Shown in pieces: positions 16,649 through 25,320 of a stretch of 25,880 nucleotides of DNA; position 1 is the first letter of the stretch; every line of letters begins with the position of its first letter. The notes under the pieces are model-generated. The model worked only from the letters and a program-made list of their open reading frames with translations. It searched no databases and had not been told where the DNA came from. Source of the stretch: Vulcanimicrobiaceae bacterium (GTDB lineage: Bacteria > Vulcanimicrobiota > Vulcanimicrobiia > Vulcanimicrobiales > Vulcanimicrobiaceae); the NCBI GenBank assembly GCA_046262595.1, contig JBHEMM010000010.1:11603-37482 (forward strand). Reading direction: 5' to 3'. Position numbers and translations under genes: made by a program.

Positions 16649-17594
16649 CGCCGCGCCTAAAGCGCAGTTCCCCGAAGAGCAATCGGCGGACGGAAGTTTC
16701 GCCCGGCAGCAGGACGCGTTTGACCGCTGGATTCGTGCGGACGGTTCGGGCGATTTTCCCGTCGAGGCCGGACGTTACCACCTGTACGTTTCTTACGCAT
16801 GCCCCTGGGCGCACCGCACCATCGCGGTTCGCGCGCTCAAAGGGTTGGAAGCGGCAGTGAGCATGAGCGCGGTCGATCCGGTGAGGGACGAACGCGGCTG
16901 GCGCTTCGGTGAAGGCGCCGGCTTCTCGCCCGATCGGGTGAACGGATTCGCCTTTTTGAGCGAAGCGTACAACGCCGCCGATCCGCAGTATTCGGGGCGC
17001 ATCACGGTTCCGGTGCTCTGGGACCGCCGCAGCAAAACGATCGTGAGCAATAACGACGATCATATCATGCGCATGTTCGAAACGCAGTTCGACGCGCTTG
17101 CCAAGCATCCGGAGCGCGACCTGTATCCTGCTGCGCATGCGGACGAGATCGAACGCTTAAACGCGTGGCTCTACGAAACGTTCAACAACGGCGTCTATAA
17201 AGCGGGCTTTGCCACGAGTCAGCGTTCGTACGAACATGCCGCGTGCGACGTGTTTGCGACGCTCGACGCGCTCGAGGAACGCCTGGCACAACGGCGTTAT
17301 CTCATCGCCGAGCAGCAGACGGAAACGGACTGGCGCGCCTTTGTGACGCTGATCCGCTTCGATGCGGTCTACGTGGGGCACTTCAAATGCAATCTGCGGC
17401 GCATCGTGGATTACCCCAACCTCTGGGGTTATCTGCGCGATCTTTATCAGACGCCCGGCATCGCGCAAACGGTGAACTTCGATCACATCAAGCGCCATTA
17501 CTACTCGACGCATGACGACATCAACCCCACGCGCATCGTTCCCATCGGCCCGCTGCTCGATTTGACCGCGCCGCACGGACGGGATAAACTCTAG
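16587..17594 (+). CDS. Glutathionyl-hydroquinone reductase (omega/Xi-class GST, YqjG-like); start uncertain
   Basis: GRYHLYVSYACPWAHR, TVPVLWD, NNGVYKAGFA, RFDAVYVGHFKCN and INPTRIVP.GP. Confidence 0.92.
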   Translation: MHRARRPARSISTSPFANIRDAAPKAQFPEEQSADGSFARQQDAFDRWIRADGSGDFPVEAGRYHLYVSYACPWAHRTIAVRALKGLEAAVSMSAVDPVRDERGWRFGEGAGFSPDRVNGFAFLSEAYNAADPQYSGRITVPVLWDRRSKTIVSNNDDHIMRMFETQFDALAKHPERDLYPAAHADEIERLNAWLYETFNNGVYKAGFATSQRSYEHAACDVFATLDALEERLAQRRYLIAEQQTETDWRAFVTLIRFDAVYVGHFKCNLRRIVDYPNLWGYLRDLYQTPGIAQTVNFDHIKRHYYSTHDDINPTRIVPIGPLLDLTAPHGRDKL

Positions 17595-17601
17595 TCCAGC
17601 C

Positions 17602-18231
17602 ATGGACTGGAACTTTGCCTTCACAGCGTTTGCGACCGCATTTACCATCATCGACCCGATAGGGATGATTCCGCTTACCCTGGCGGCGACCGTTGCACTT
17701 CCCGCACCGCGGCGCCCAAAAGTGGTCGATCAAGCCGTCGTGGTCGCCGCGGCGGTGATGCTGGTGATGGGCGCGATCGGCCGGGCGCTGCTGCACTATT
17801 TAGGGATTACGCTCTCCGCATTTCTGATCGCGGGCGGTATCTTGATGTTTCTGATTGCGATCGACATGCTGTTCGCCCGCCCCACTCGCACGAAACGCAC
17901 GGAAGAAGAAGAGCGCGACGCCGCCCTTACGGACAACCCGGCTGTTTTCCCGCTCGCTATACCGATGATCGCCGGTCCCGGAACGATTGCAACGGTAATG
18001 CTGCTCGTTACGCTTGCGCGCAACGAACCCTCGCGCTTGCTCACCGTTGCCGCCGCGTGCGCCGCGGCGCTGCTCTTAACCTGGCTGTTCATGCGCTTCG
18101 CAACGCGCTTTCAGCATCTGATCGGCGCGACGGGCATTCACGTGGTGACGCGGCTGCTGGGCATCATCCTCGCCGCGCTTGCGGTGCAATTTGTTTTAAA
18201 CGGACTGCACTTCAAGACGGGCGGCTCCTGA
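17602..18231 (+). CDS. marC: MarC-family membrane protein
   Basis: IIDPIG, FLIAGGIL, AVFPLAIPMIAGPGTI and TRLLGIILAALAVQ. Confidence 0.92.
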   Translation: MDWNFAFTAFATAFTIIDPIGMIPLTLAATVALPAPRRPKVVDQAVVVAAAVMLVMGAIGRALLHYLGITLSAFLIAGGILMFLIAIDMLFARPTRTKRTEEEERDAALTDNPAVFPLAIPMIAGPGTIATVMLLVTLARNEPSRLLTVAAACAAALLLTWLFMRFATRFQHLIGATGIHVVTRLLGIILAALAVQFVLNGLHFKTGGS

Positions 18232-19204
18232 GGCGGCAGAGCGCGGCGCTGAAGGCGAGATTCGCGCCGAACAGCACGACGATACCGACGCCGAGCGTCG
18301 AGAACGAGAGCCATGCCGTGAGCTGCGAGAGCCGCACGTCACCCATCTGCGTGCCGATGACGGCGAACGCCTCAACGCTGCCGATGACCAGCGAAATGAC
18401 GACCGAGAGCAGCGTCATGTTGACGTTATAGAACAACTTTTGCCGGGGCCGCACGTAAGCCCATCCGTAGGCGCCGAGCATTGCGACGCCTTCCGTGGTG
18501 TCCGCCAGCGACATGCCGGCCGCAAAGAGCAGCGGAAGCAGCAAGATGTACGTGACCGGCATGCCGCCGGCAGCGGACGCGGCGGAGATACCGAGCAGCG
18601 CAATCTCACTGGCCGTGTCGAACCCCAATCCGAAGAGCATACCGAGCGGATACATGTGCATGCTTTTCGTCACCAGCGCGAGCGCAGGCCGCAAAATGCG
18701 CGTGAGCCAGCCGCCAGGCGCTTGGAAATCGCATTGTCCGCCGTTTCGGCCGCGCAGAACCTCGAGCAGCACGGCAGCGTTCGCCGCCGCGATGCCGAAC
18801 AAGAAAAGCGCCGAAACAGACGTCCCGACGATCGCTCCGGCCGATTGCAATGCGTGCAGATGCGGCTTCAACGCAAACCCGAACGCGGCAACCAGCAGCG
18901 TGAGCAAGAAAACGATTGTCGAGTGTCCGAGTGAGAAAAAGAATCCGACGGCGACGGGCCGCTCGCCCCGGTGCATCAATTTGCGTGTCGTCGCATCGAT
19001 CGCCGCAATGTGGTCGGGATCGACGGCATGGCGTAAGCCGAGCACGTACGCCGTCACGCCGAGCGCCAACAGAAGCGGATAACGGTGCGCCGCCCCCAGG
19101 AGCGCAAGCCACCCGCCGGCCGTAATCAGCGCAAGGACGCCGTAAACGGCGGCTAGGCGGGCACGCGCCGCGCTTCGATGCCGCCGGTCAGAAACGCGAT
19201 CCAT
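18212..19204 (-). CDS. hoxN: NiCoT (HoxN/HupN/NixA) nickel/cobalt permease
   Basis: GLRHAVDPDHIAAID signature, FSLGHSTIV and LFGLGFDTASE. AAGGA lies 8 nt before ATG 19204. Confidence 0.93.
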   Translation of the reverse strand: MDRVSDRRHRSAARARLAAVYGVLALITAGGWLALLGAAHRYPLLLALGVTAYVLGLRHAVDPDHIAAIDATTRKLMHRGERPVAVGFFFSLGHSTIVFLLTLLVAAFGFALKPHLHALQSAGAIVGTSVSALFLFGIAAANAAVLLEVLRGRNGGQCDFQAPGGWLTRILRPALALVTKSMHMYPLGMLFGLGFDTASEIALLGISAASAAGGMPVTYILLLPLLFAAGMSLADTTEGVAMLGAYGWAYVRPRQKLFYNVNMTLLSVVISLVIGSVEAFAVIGTQMGDVRLSQLTAWLSFSTLGVGIVVLFGANLAFSAALCRLRSRPS

Positions 19205-19824
19205 TCGTCCAATCCTTTGCCGGTGGCCGACGAAACCTCGAGCACGGGCAGCGACGGGTTCACACGCGCGATGCTCTCAAGCGCCGCTTGCCGGTCGAAG
19301 CCGGTTGCTGCCGCGAGATCGCACTTGGAGATCAGCGCGACGTGCGCGCTGGCAAAAGCGAGCGGATACTTGAGCGGTTTGTCTTCGCCTTCAGTGACGG
19401 AGAAGAGGACGACACGCAGCGTCTCGCCTAAGTCGTATTCGGCGGGACAGATGAGGTTCCCGACGTTCTCGATTGCAAGCACGTCCAGATCGCCGGAAGG
19501 CAGGCCGAGCAGCGCAGAGGTGACCATTTGGGCGTCCAAGCGGCATTCCGCGCCGGTGGTTATTTGTTTCACCGGTACGCCGCTGCGCGCGAGCCTGCGG
19601 GCGTCGTTCTCGGTGGCCTGGTCGCCCACGAGCGCGGCTACGCGGTAGCCGGTGCTCAGCCGGCGCAGCGTTTCCTCGAGCAGCGTCGTCTTGCCCGCTC
19701 CCGGACTGGAGAGCAGGTTGAAGACGTACGTGCCGCTACGTTCGAACCGCGTGCGAAGATCCTGCGCCATCGTGCTGTTCTTGCGCAGAATGCTTTGCTG
19801 CACTTCCACCAAGCGAAGCGTCAT
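19153..19824 (-). CDS. hypB: Hydrogenase nickel-insertion GTPase HypB (no His-rich N-terminus)
   Basis: SSPGAGKTT, ENVGNLICPA and EGEDKPLKYP. Confidence 0.96.
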   Translation of the reverse strand: MTLRLVEVQQSILRKNSTMAQDLRTRFERSGTYVFNLLSSPGAGKTTLLEETLRRLSTGYRVAALVGDQATENDARRLARSGVPVKQITTGAECRLDAQMVTSALLGLPSGDLDVLAIENVGNLICPAEYDLGETLRVVLFSVTEGEDKPLKYPLAFASAHVALISKCDLAAATGFDRQAALESIARVNPSLPVLEVSSATGKGLDEWIAFLTGGIEARRVPA

Positions 19825-20167
19825 ACTCTACCTCCATCGAAGCGACGAGCAACTCACGGCCGCGCACGATATCGTTGGAACTCGCGCCGCAAACGGCGCA
19901 AACGGGCAGCATCGATCCGGCAACGGTCCGCTCGCACGCGCACGCGCTGCAATAAATGGTAAGCGGAACGCGTTCGATCTCTAAACGCGAGCCGGCGGCA
20001 GGCGTACCATCGGCCGCTAACTCCCATGCAAAGCGCAACGCTTCAGGAACGACGCCCGTCATTGCTCCGATACGTAAGTGAACCGCGGTCACTTTTTCAA
20101 TGTTTTGACCGTCGATCCGTTCCGCTATTTCGTCAACGATCGCAAGCGCGATCGAAACTTCATGCAC
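19736..20167 (-). CDS. hypA: Hydrogenase nickel metallochaperone HypA
   Basis: GTG-started MHEVSIA, two CxxC motifs (CSAC, CAVC) and GREL. The C-terminal tail overlaps hypB. Confidence 0.94.
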   Translation of the reverse strand: MHEVSIALAIVDEIAERIDGQNIEKVTAVHLRIGAMTGVVPEALRFAWELAADGTPAAGSRLEIERVPLTIYCSACACERTVAGSMLPVCAVCGASSNDIVRGRELLVASMEVEYDASLGGSAAKHSAQEQHDGAGSSHAVRT

Positions 20168-20218
20168 CCCGTGTTCATTCCCAATAATCGGGTATGAATA
20201 ATCACGGAGGTAGGGTTT

Positions 20219-20692
20219 ATGGCGGATGCTATCAGCCTTCTCAAAGAGCAGCACGCGGAAGTTCTCGCATTGCTGATGAAAGTCGTGCGCTCCGCGGACC
20301 CCGTGCTTCGCGCGAACGTTTTCAGGACGATCGACACCAACGTCCGGATTCACTCGAAGATCGAGGAAGAGTTTTTTTATCCGGCGTTCCGCGAGCGGGC
20401 CGCAAACGGATCGCAAGCCGCCGAAGTCGAGAACAACTATCAGGATCATGCGGCCGTCGCGCGCACGCTTGCGCAGATCGAACGCAGCGACCCCGCCGAT
20501 CCGTTCTTTCTTCAAAGCATCGGCCAGCTCAAAGCGCAACTTGCCGAACATATTCACGACGAAGAGCACCGCTTTTTCAAAGAGGCGGCGCGTCTGTTCA
20601 CGCCCCAGGAACTTTTGACTTTAGGATACCGGATGGAGAACGCGGCGCGCGCCTTTTCGCCCGTCTACCAGATGTCCGGCCCGCGCATGTAA
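20219..20692 (+). CDS. Hemerythrin/HHE cation-binding domain protein
   Basis: EQH, HSKIEEEFFYP, DH and HIHDEE ligand pattern. GGAGG RBS at 20206-20210. Confidence 0.87.
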   Translation: MADAISLLKEQHAEVLALLMKVVRSADPVLRANVFRTIDTNVRIHSKIEEEFFYPAFRERAANGSQAAEVENNYQDHAAVARTLAQIERSDPADPFFLQSIGQLKAQLAEHIHDEEHRFFKEAARLFTPQELLTLGYRMENAARAFSPVYQMSGPRM

Positions 20693-20708
20693 CTGCGGAG
20701 AGTGCTCT

Positions 20709-21755
20709 ATGGCTTCAGAGATTACACCGAACCCCAAAATACCCGAAATCAATCTGCTGTGGATGAACGCCGGTCTGAGTTGCGACGGCGACTCCGTGTC
20801 GTTGACCAACGCAACGCTTCCGAGCATTGAAGAGATCGCTATGGGCGCGATTCCCGGCTTGCCGAAGGTCAACGTTTATTGGCCGCTCATCGCGTTCGAA
20901 CAGGGCGGTGATGAGTTCATGCAGGCGTTCTTTAAAGCGGAACGCGGCGAGATGGATCCGTTCGTTCTCGTCGTCGAAGGGTCCATCCCGAACGAAAAGA
21001 TCAAGAGCCAAGGTTACTTCACGTCATTCGGCAACGACCCGGGCACCGGCGAGCCGATTACCGTCAACGATTGGCTCGATCGTTTGGCGCCTAAAGCCCT
21101 GGCGATCATTGCGACGGGCACGTGCGCGACGTACGGCGGCATCCATGCGATGCAAGGCAATCCCACGGGCGCCATGGGCGTTCCCGATTACGTCGGATGG
21201 GATTGGAAATCGAAAGCGGGCTTGCCGGTGATCTGCGTGCCGGGCTGCCCCGTGCAGCCCGACAACATGGCGGAAACGCTGCTGCACGTCTTGCTGATGG
21301 CCGCGGGCAAAGCGCCGCCGCCCGCGCTCGACGAGATGCTGCGCCCGAAATGGCTTTTTGAGAAAACCGTGCACGAAGGCTGCGACCGCGCCGGCTATTA
21401 CGAAGAAGGCAACTTCGCAAAAGAATACGGATCGGAAAAGTGTCTGGTCAAGATCGGGTGCTGGGGTCCGGTCGTGAAATGCAACGTCACGAAGCGCGGC
21501 TGGATGGACGGCATCGGCGGCTGCCCGAACGTGGGAGGCATCTGCATTGCATGCACCATGCCCGGATTTCCGGACAAATACATGCCTTTTATGGACGAGC
21601 CGCCCGGCGCGACGCTCTCCACGACACTGGTGACGGCGTACGGACGTTTCATCCGCACGATGCGCACGTCCACGATCCATACCGGCGACAAAGAACCGAA
21701 ATGGCGCCGTAAAGGCGACGAATTGACGACCGGATACCGACCCAAAGCTTACTGA
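20709..21755 (+). CDS. hhyS: Group 1h [NiFe]-hydrogenase small subunit
   Basis: LSCDGD (Cys-x-x-Asp proximal motif), GTCATYGG, PGCP, HEGCDR, GCWGP and CPNVGGICIAC. No twin-arginine leader. Confidence 0.93.
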   Translation: MASEITPNPKIPEINLLWMNAGLSCDGDSVSLTNATLPSIEEIAMGAIPGLPKVNVYWPLIAFEQGGDEFMQAFFKAERGEMDPFVLVVEGSIPNEKIKSQGYFTSFGNDPGTGEPITVNDWLDRLAPKALAIIATGTCATYGGIHAMQGNPTGAMGVPDYVGWDWKSKAGLPVICVPGCPVQPDNMAETLLHVLLMAAGKAPPPALDEMLRPKWLFEKTVHEGCDRAGYYEEGNFAKEYGSEKCLVKIGCWGPVVKCNVTKRGWMDGIGGCPNVGGICIACTMPGFPDKYMPFMDEPPGATLSTTLVTAYGRFIRTMRTSTIHTGDKEPKWRRKGDELTTGYRPKAY

Positions 21756-21778
21756 CTTAAAGCAATACGGAGCGTGCG

Positions 21779-23572
21779 ATGGCGATCAAAGATTTTCCCC
21801 AACGGCAGCAACCCGCGGACAGTTCGAATCTCGTGGAAATGGCGTGGGATCCGATCACGCGCATCGTCGGAAACCTGGGCATCTATACGAAGATCGATTT
21901 CAAACAGAAGAAAGTCGCCGAGTGCTACAGCACGTCTTCGATCTTCCGGGGTTACAGCGTCTTCATGAAAGGCAAAGACCCGCGCGACGCGCACTTTATC
22001 ACCAGCCGCATCTGCGGCATCTGCGGCGATAACCACGCCTCGTGCTCGGTCTATTGCCAGAACATGGCTTACGGCGTGGAAACACCGCCGATGGGCGAGA
22101 TCATCATGAATCTGGGCGAAGCCGCGGAGTACATGTTCGACCACAACATCTTTCAAGAAAATTTAGTCGGTGTGGACTTTTGCGAGCGCATGGTGCGCGA
22201 GACGAATCCGAGCGTCTGGGAAAAGGCGAAGACAACCGAAGCTCCCAACGCGCATCTTCACGGGTATCGCACGATCGCCGACATCATGACGGCGCTCAAT
22301 CCGTTCACCGGCGAAATCTACCGTCTGGCATTGCAGAACAGCCGGCTCACGCGCGAAATGTTTTGCCTGATGGAAGGGCGGCACGTGCACCCCTCGACAC
22401 TGTATCCGGGCGGCCCGGGCACGGCCGCCGTAGCGCAAACCTTCACCGATTATCTCGTGCGCCTCATGCGCTACGTGGAGTGGATGAAGGTCTGCGTGCC
22501 GCTGCACGACGATCTCTTCGATTTCTTCTACGACGCGCTTCCCGGATACGAGCATGTCGGCGAGCGGCGCGTGCTGCTGGGCTGCTGGGGCGCGCTCAAT
22601 CACGAGAACGCATGCGACTTCACGTACAAAAACATGCCGGCATGGGGCCGCAAGATGTACGTGACGCCGGGCGTCGTCGTGGACGGCAAGCTCGTGACGA
22701 ACGATCTGGTGGACATCAACCTGAACATGCGCATCCTGCTCGGCAGTTCGTACTACGTGGACTGGGAGCAGCATCAGGACAAGCTCGTCGACCGTGACCC
22801 GCTCGGCAATCCGGTCGACGCGCGGCATCCGTGGAACGCGCAGCAGATTCCCGCGCCGCAAAAACGCGATTTCGGCGGAAAATACAGTTGGGTGATGTCG
22901 CCGCGCTGGCTGCACCAAGGAGAACACCTCTCGCTCGACACGGGCGGCGGACCACTGGCGCGTCTTTGGTCCACCGCGCTTTCGGGGCTGGTCGACACCG
23001 GGTACGTGAAAGCAACAGGCAACAGCGTCGTCATCACGCTGCCCAAAGGCATGACGCGGCCGGAGACGCGTTTCGAGTGGAAGATCCCGAAGTGGAGCAA
23101 CATGCTCGAACGCGATCGCGCGCGCACCTATTTTCAGGCGTACGCAGCGGGCGTGGCGCTCTACTTCTGCGACAAAGCGCTCGAACTGCTGGGCAAGGGC
23201 GAGACGCAAACCTGGAATTCCTTCGAAGTGCCCAAAGACGCCATCAGCGTCGGATTCACCGAAGCGGTGCGCGGCGTGCTCTCGCATCACATGGTGATCC
23301 GCGACGGCAAGATTGAGAATTACCAGCCCTGGCCGCCGACTCCGTGGAACGCCAATCCGCGCGATTCGTACGGAACGCCCGGCCCGTACGAAGACGCGGT
23401 TCAAAACACGCCCATCTTTGAAGAGAACGGTCCGGAGAACTTCAAGGGGATCGACATCATGCGAGCTGTTCGCAGCTTCGACCCGTGTCTGCCGTGCGGC
23501 GTGCATATGTACGTCGGGGACGGAAAGGTCGTCGAGCGCGTGCACACGCCGTTCGCGGCAGCCGAGGCGTAA
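21779..23572 (+). CDS. hhyL: Group 1h [NiFe]-hydrogenase large subunit
   Basis: L1 motif TSRICGICGDNH and L2 motif SFDPCLPCGVH, characteristic of group 1h. A C-terminal extension follows the His. Confidence 0.95.
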   Translation: MAIKDFPQRQQPADSSNLVEMAWDPITRIVGNLGIYTKIDFKQKKVAECYSTSSIFRGYSVFMKGKDPRDAHFITSRICGICGDNHASCSVYCQNMAYGVETPPMGEIIMNLGEAAEYMFDHNIFQENLVGVDFCERMVRETNPSVWEKAKTTEAPNAHLHGYRTIADIMTALNPFTGEIYRLALQNSRLTREMFCLMEGRHVHPSTLYPGGPGTAAVAQTFTDYLVRLMRYVEWMKVCVPLHDDLFDFFYDALPGYEHVGERRVLLGCWGALNHENACDFTYKNMPAWGRKMYVTPGVVVDGKLVTNDLVDINLNMRILLGSSYYVDWEQHQDKLVDRDPLGNPVDARHPWNAQQIPAPQKRDFGGKYSWVMSPRWLHQGEHLSLDTGGGPLARLWSTALSGLVDTGYVKATGNSVVITLPKGMTRPETRFEWKIPKWSNMLERDRARTYFQAYAAGVALYFCDKALELLGKGETQTWNSFEVPKDAISVGFTEAVRGVLSHHMVIRDGKIENYQPWPPTPWNANPRDSYGTPGPYEDAVQNTPIFEENGPENFKGIDIMRAVRSFDPCLPCGVHMYVGDGKVVERVHTPFAAAEA

Positions 23573-23576
23573 CGCG

Positions 23577-24119
23577 ATGGCGGCCGACGTGCTGCAAGAA
23601 AACGCCGAACGCATCGAGGCGCTGCTGCAGCGCTTCGACGCGCTTCCAGCCGCGACCGGAGCGCGAGCCGATGCGGACAAACTCATGGCCCTCATCGGCG
23701 AGACGTACGGAGAAGCGCTGCGGCGCCTGCTGGAAAATTTGCATACCGCATTGGGTGAGCGCGCGCACGAGGTGCTGGTGGAAGCGTGCAACGACACGCT
23801 TATCACCGCCCTGCTCGTGACGCACGATCTGCATCCCCTACCGCTCGAAGAACGTGTGCGGCGCGCGATCGATTCCGTGCGGCCGTACATGCGCTCACAC
23901 AAAGGCGACGTGGAGATCCTGGGCGTCGCGGAGGATGCGGTGGAGGTGCGCTTGAGCGGAACGTGCGACGGCTGCTCCGCCTCGCAGGCGACGCTCAAAC
24001 AAGCCATTGAAAAGGCGCTATTCGCCGCTGCGCCGGAGGTGCTGGAAGTGCGCGCCGCACCCGCGACCGCGCCCGAGCACGGGCCGCCGGCCGGCGTGCT
24101 TCCGGTGATCGTTTCGTGA
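23577..24119 (+). CDS. NifU/NfuA C-terminal domain protein (hydrogenase-associated Fe-S carrier)
   Basis: VRPYMRSHKGDVE...LSGTCDGC..S..TLK motif. ATG 23577 lies just after the hhyL stop. Confidence 0.88.
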   Translation: MAADVLQENAERIEALLQRFDALPAATGARADADKLMALIGETYGEALRRLLENLHTALGERAHEVLVEACNDTLITALLVTHDLHPLPLEERVRRAIDSVRPYMRSHKGDVEILGVAEDAVEVRLSGTCDGCSASQATLKQAIEKALFAAAPEVLEVRAAPATAPEHGPPAGVLPVIVS

Positions 24120-24688
24120 AGTGCGAGCTCTGTGCGGGGCCGCTGGACGAACCGCATGGCCACGCCGTCGATACGTTCGAGCGCCGTTTACTCTGCGCGT
24201 GCTACGCGTGCACGCTGCTATTCGCCGCGCCGAACGCGGCGCGCGGCCGTTTCAAAATCGTTCCGCAGCGCTATGCTGCGCTCGATCATCCGCTTTTTAC
24301 GGACGCGCAGTGGGAGGCGCTCGGCATTCCGATAGGTCTTGCGTTCTTTTTTGAAAACAGCGCAAGCGGCGAGGTCAGCGCGTTCTATCCCGGCCCCGCC
24401 GGCGCGACCGAATCGCTTTTACCGCTCGAACATTGGCGTGAACTCAAAGAACGCGAGCCGCTCCTCGCCTCCATGGTGCCCGACGTCGAAGCGGCGCTCG
24501 TCTACCGCCGCAAGGAGGCGCAAACGCGCACGTTCGTGGTTCCTATCGATGCCTGCTACGAACTCGCCGGTATCGTTCGCACCTGCTGGAAAGGCATCGG
24601 CGGAGGCGATGACGTGCACCGCAAGATCGACGATTTTTTCGCCCGGATCGCGCAGCGGCCGGGCGCCGGTTTGGAACGCGTGCGGTGA
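24116..24688 (+). CDS. Group 1h hydrogenase-associated conserved protein (DUF5947-like)
   Basis: CELC...H.H...CACYAC metal motif, IPIGLAFF, YPGPAGATES and VPIDACYEL. GTGA overlap with the previous gene. Confidence 0.82.
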   Translation: MKCELCAGPLDEPHGHAVDTFERRLLCACYACTLLFAAPNAARGRFKIVPQRYAALDHPLFTDAQWEALGIPIGLAFFFENSASGEVSAFYPGPAGATESLLPLEHWRELKEREPLLASMVPDVEAALVYRRKEAQTRTFVVPIDACYELAGIVRTCWKGIGGGDDVHRKIDDFFARIAQRPGAGLERVR

Positions 24689-25320
24689 GCGGTCTCGCGT
24701 TCAGCGTTCTGGGTGTAACGGCGAAGCAGTACGCCGCCGTACCGGCGCTGCTCTTCCGGCTGCGTATCGCTTGCACGGGCGAACCTGTTGAAGCGATTGC
24801 TTTACGCGTGCAGATCCGCATCGAGCCGCAGTGGCGTTCGTATTCCGCGCAGCAGGAGCCGCTGCTCGAGGAGCTCTTCGGTACGCCGGACCGCTGGGGA
24901 AAAACCCTGCACGCGCTGAGCTGGGCCGACGTGCCGCTCATGGTGCCCGCGTTTGCTGCGCAGACGGAGATCGAGTTGCCCGTCCCGTGCACGTTCGATT
25001 TCGACGTCGCGGCGAACCGGTTTTTGAACGCGCTCGACGGCGGCGAGATCCCGCTGCGGTTTTTTTTCAGCGGTTCCGTGTTCCGCCGCGCCGCGCAAGG
25101 TTTTTCGGGTGAGCCGGTCAGTTGGAGCTGCGAGTCGGCGTTCGGCATGCCGCTGTCCGCATGGCACCAAGCGATGCAAGCCTGTTACGGAGATTCCGCG
25201 CTCATCCGCGTCGACGCGCAAACGTTCCGCGAACTCCACCGCTATCGCGCCGCTGCCGGCGCGCACAGTTGGGACGCCGCGTTTGCCTCGCTGCTCAAAG
25301 CGGCGAAGGAGCTGACGTGA
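24685..25320 (+). CDS. Group 1h hydrogenase-associated conserved protein (DUF6084-like)
   Basis: QIRIEP, ELFG.PDRW..TL, VPCTFDF.VAA and GEIPL.F.FSG.VF. GTGA overlap with the previous gene. Confidence 0.8.
   Translation: MSGLAFSVLGVTAKQYAAVPALLFRLRIACTGEPVEAIALRVQIRIEPQWRSYSAQQEPLLEELFGTPDRWGKTLHALSWADVPLMVPAFAAQTEIELPVPCTFDFDVAANRFLNALDGGEIPLRFFFSGSVFRRAAQGFSGEPVSWSCESAFGMPLSAWHQAMQACYGDSALIRVDAQTFRELHRYRAAAGAHSWDAAFASLLKAAKELT

Noticed and set aside
19736..20569. 277-aa HypA with a long N-terminal extension
   Set aside because: HypA needs an N-terminal MHE (GTG 20167). The extension is antisense to the hemerythrin gene.
22163..24163. 666-aa minus-strand ORF and many other long antisense or alternative-frame ORFs (e.g. 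5962-6897, 10769-11758, 13134-14090)
   Set aside because: Shadow ORFs of well-supported genes in GC-rich DNA, with no recognisable motifs.
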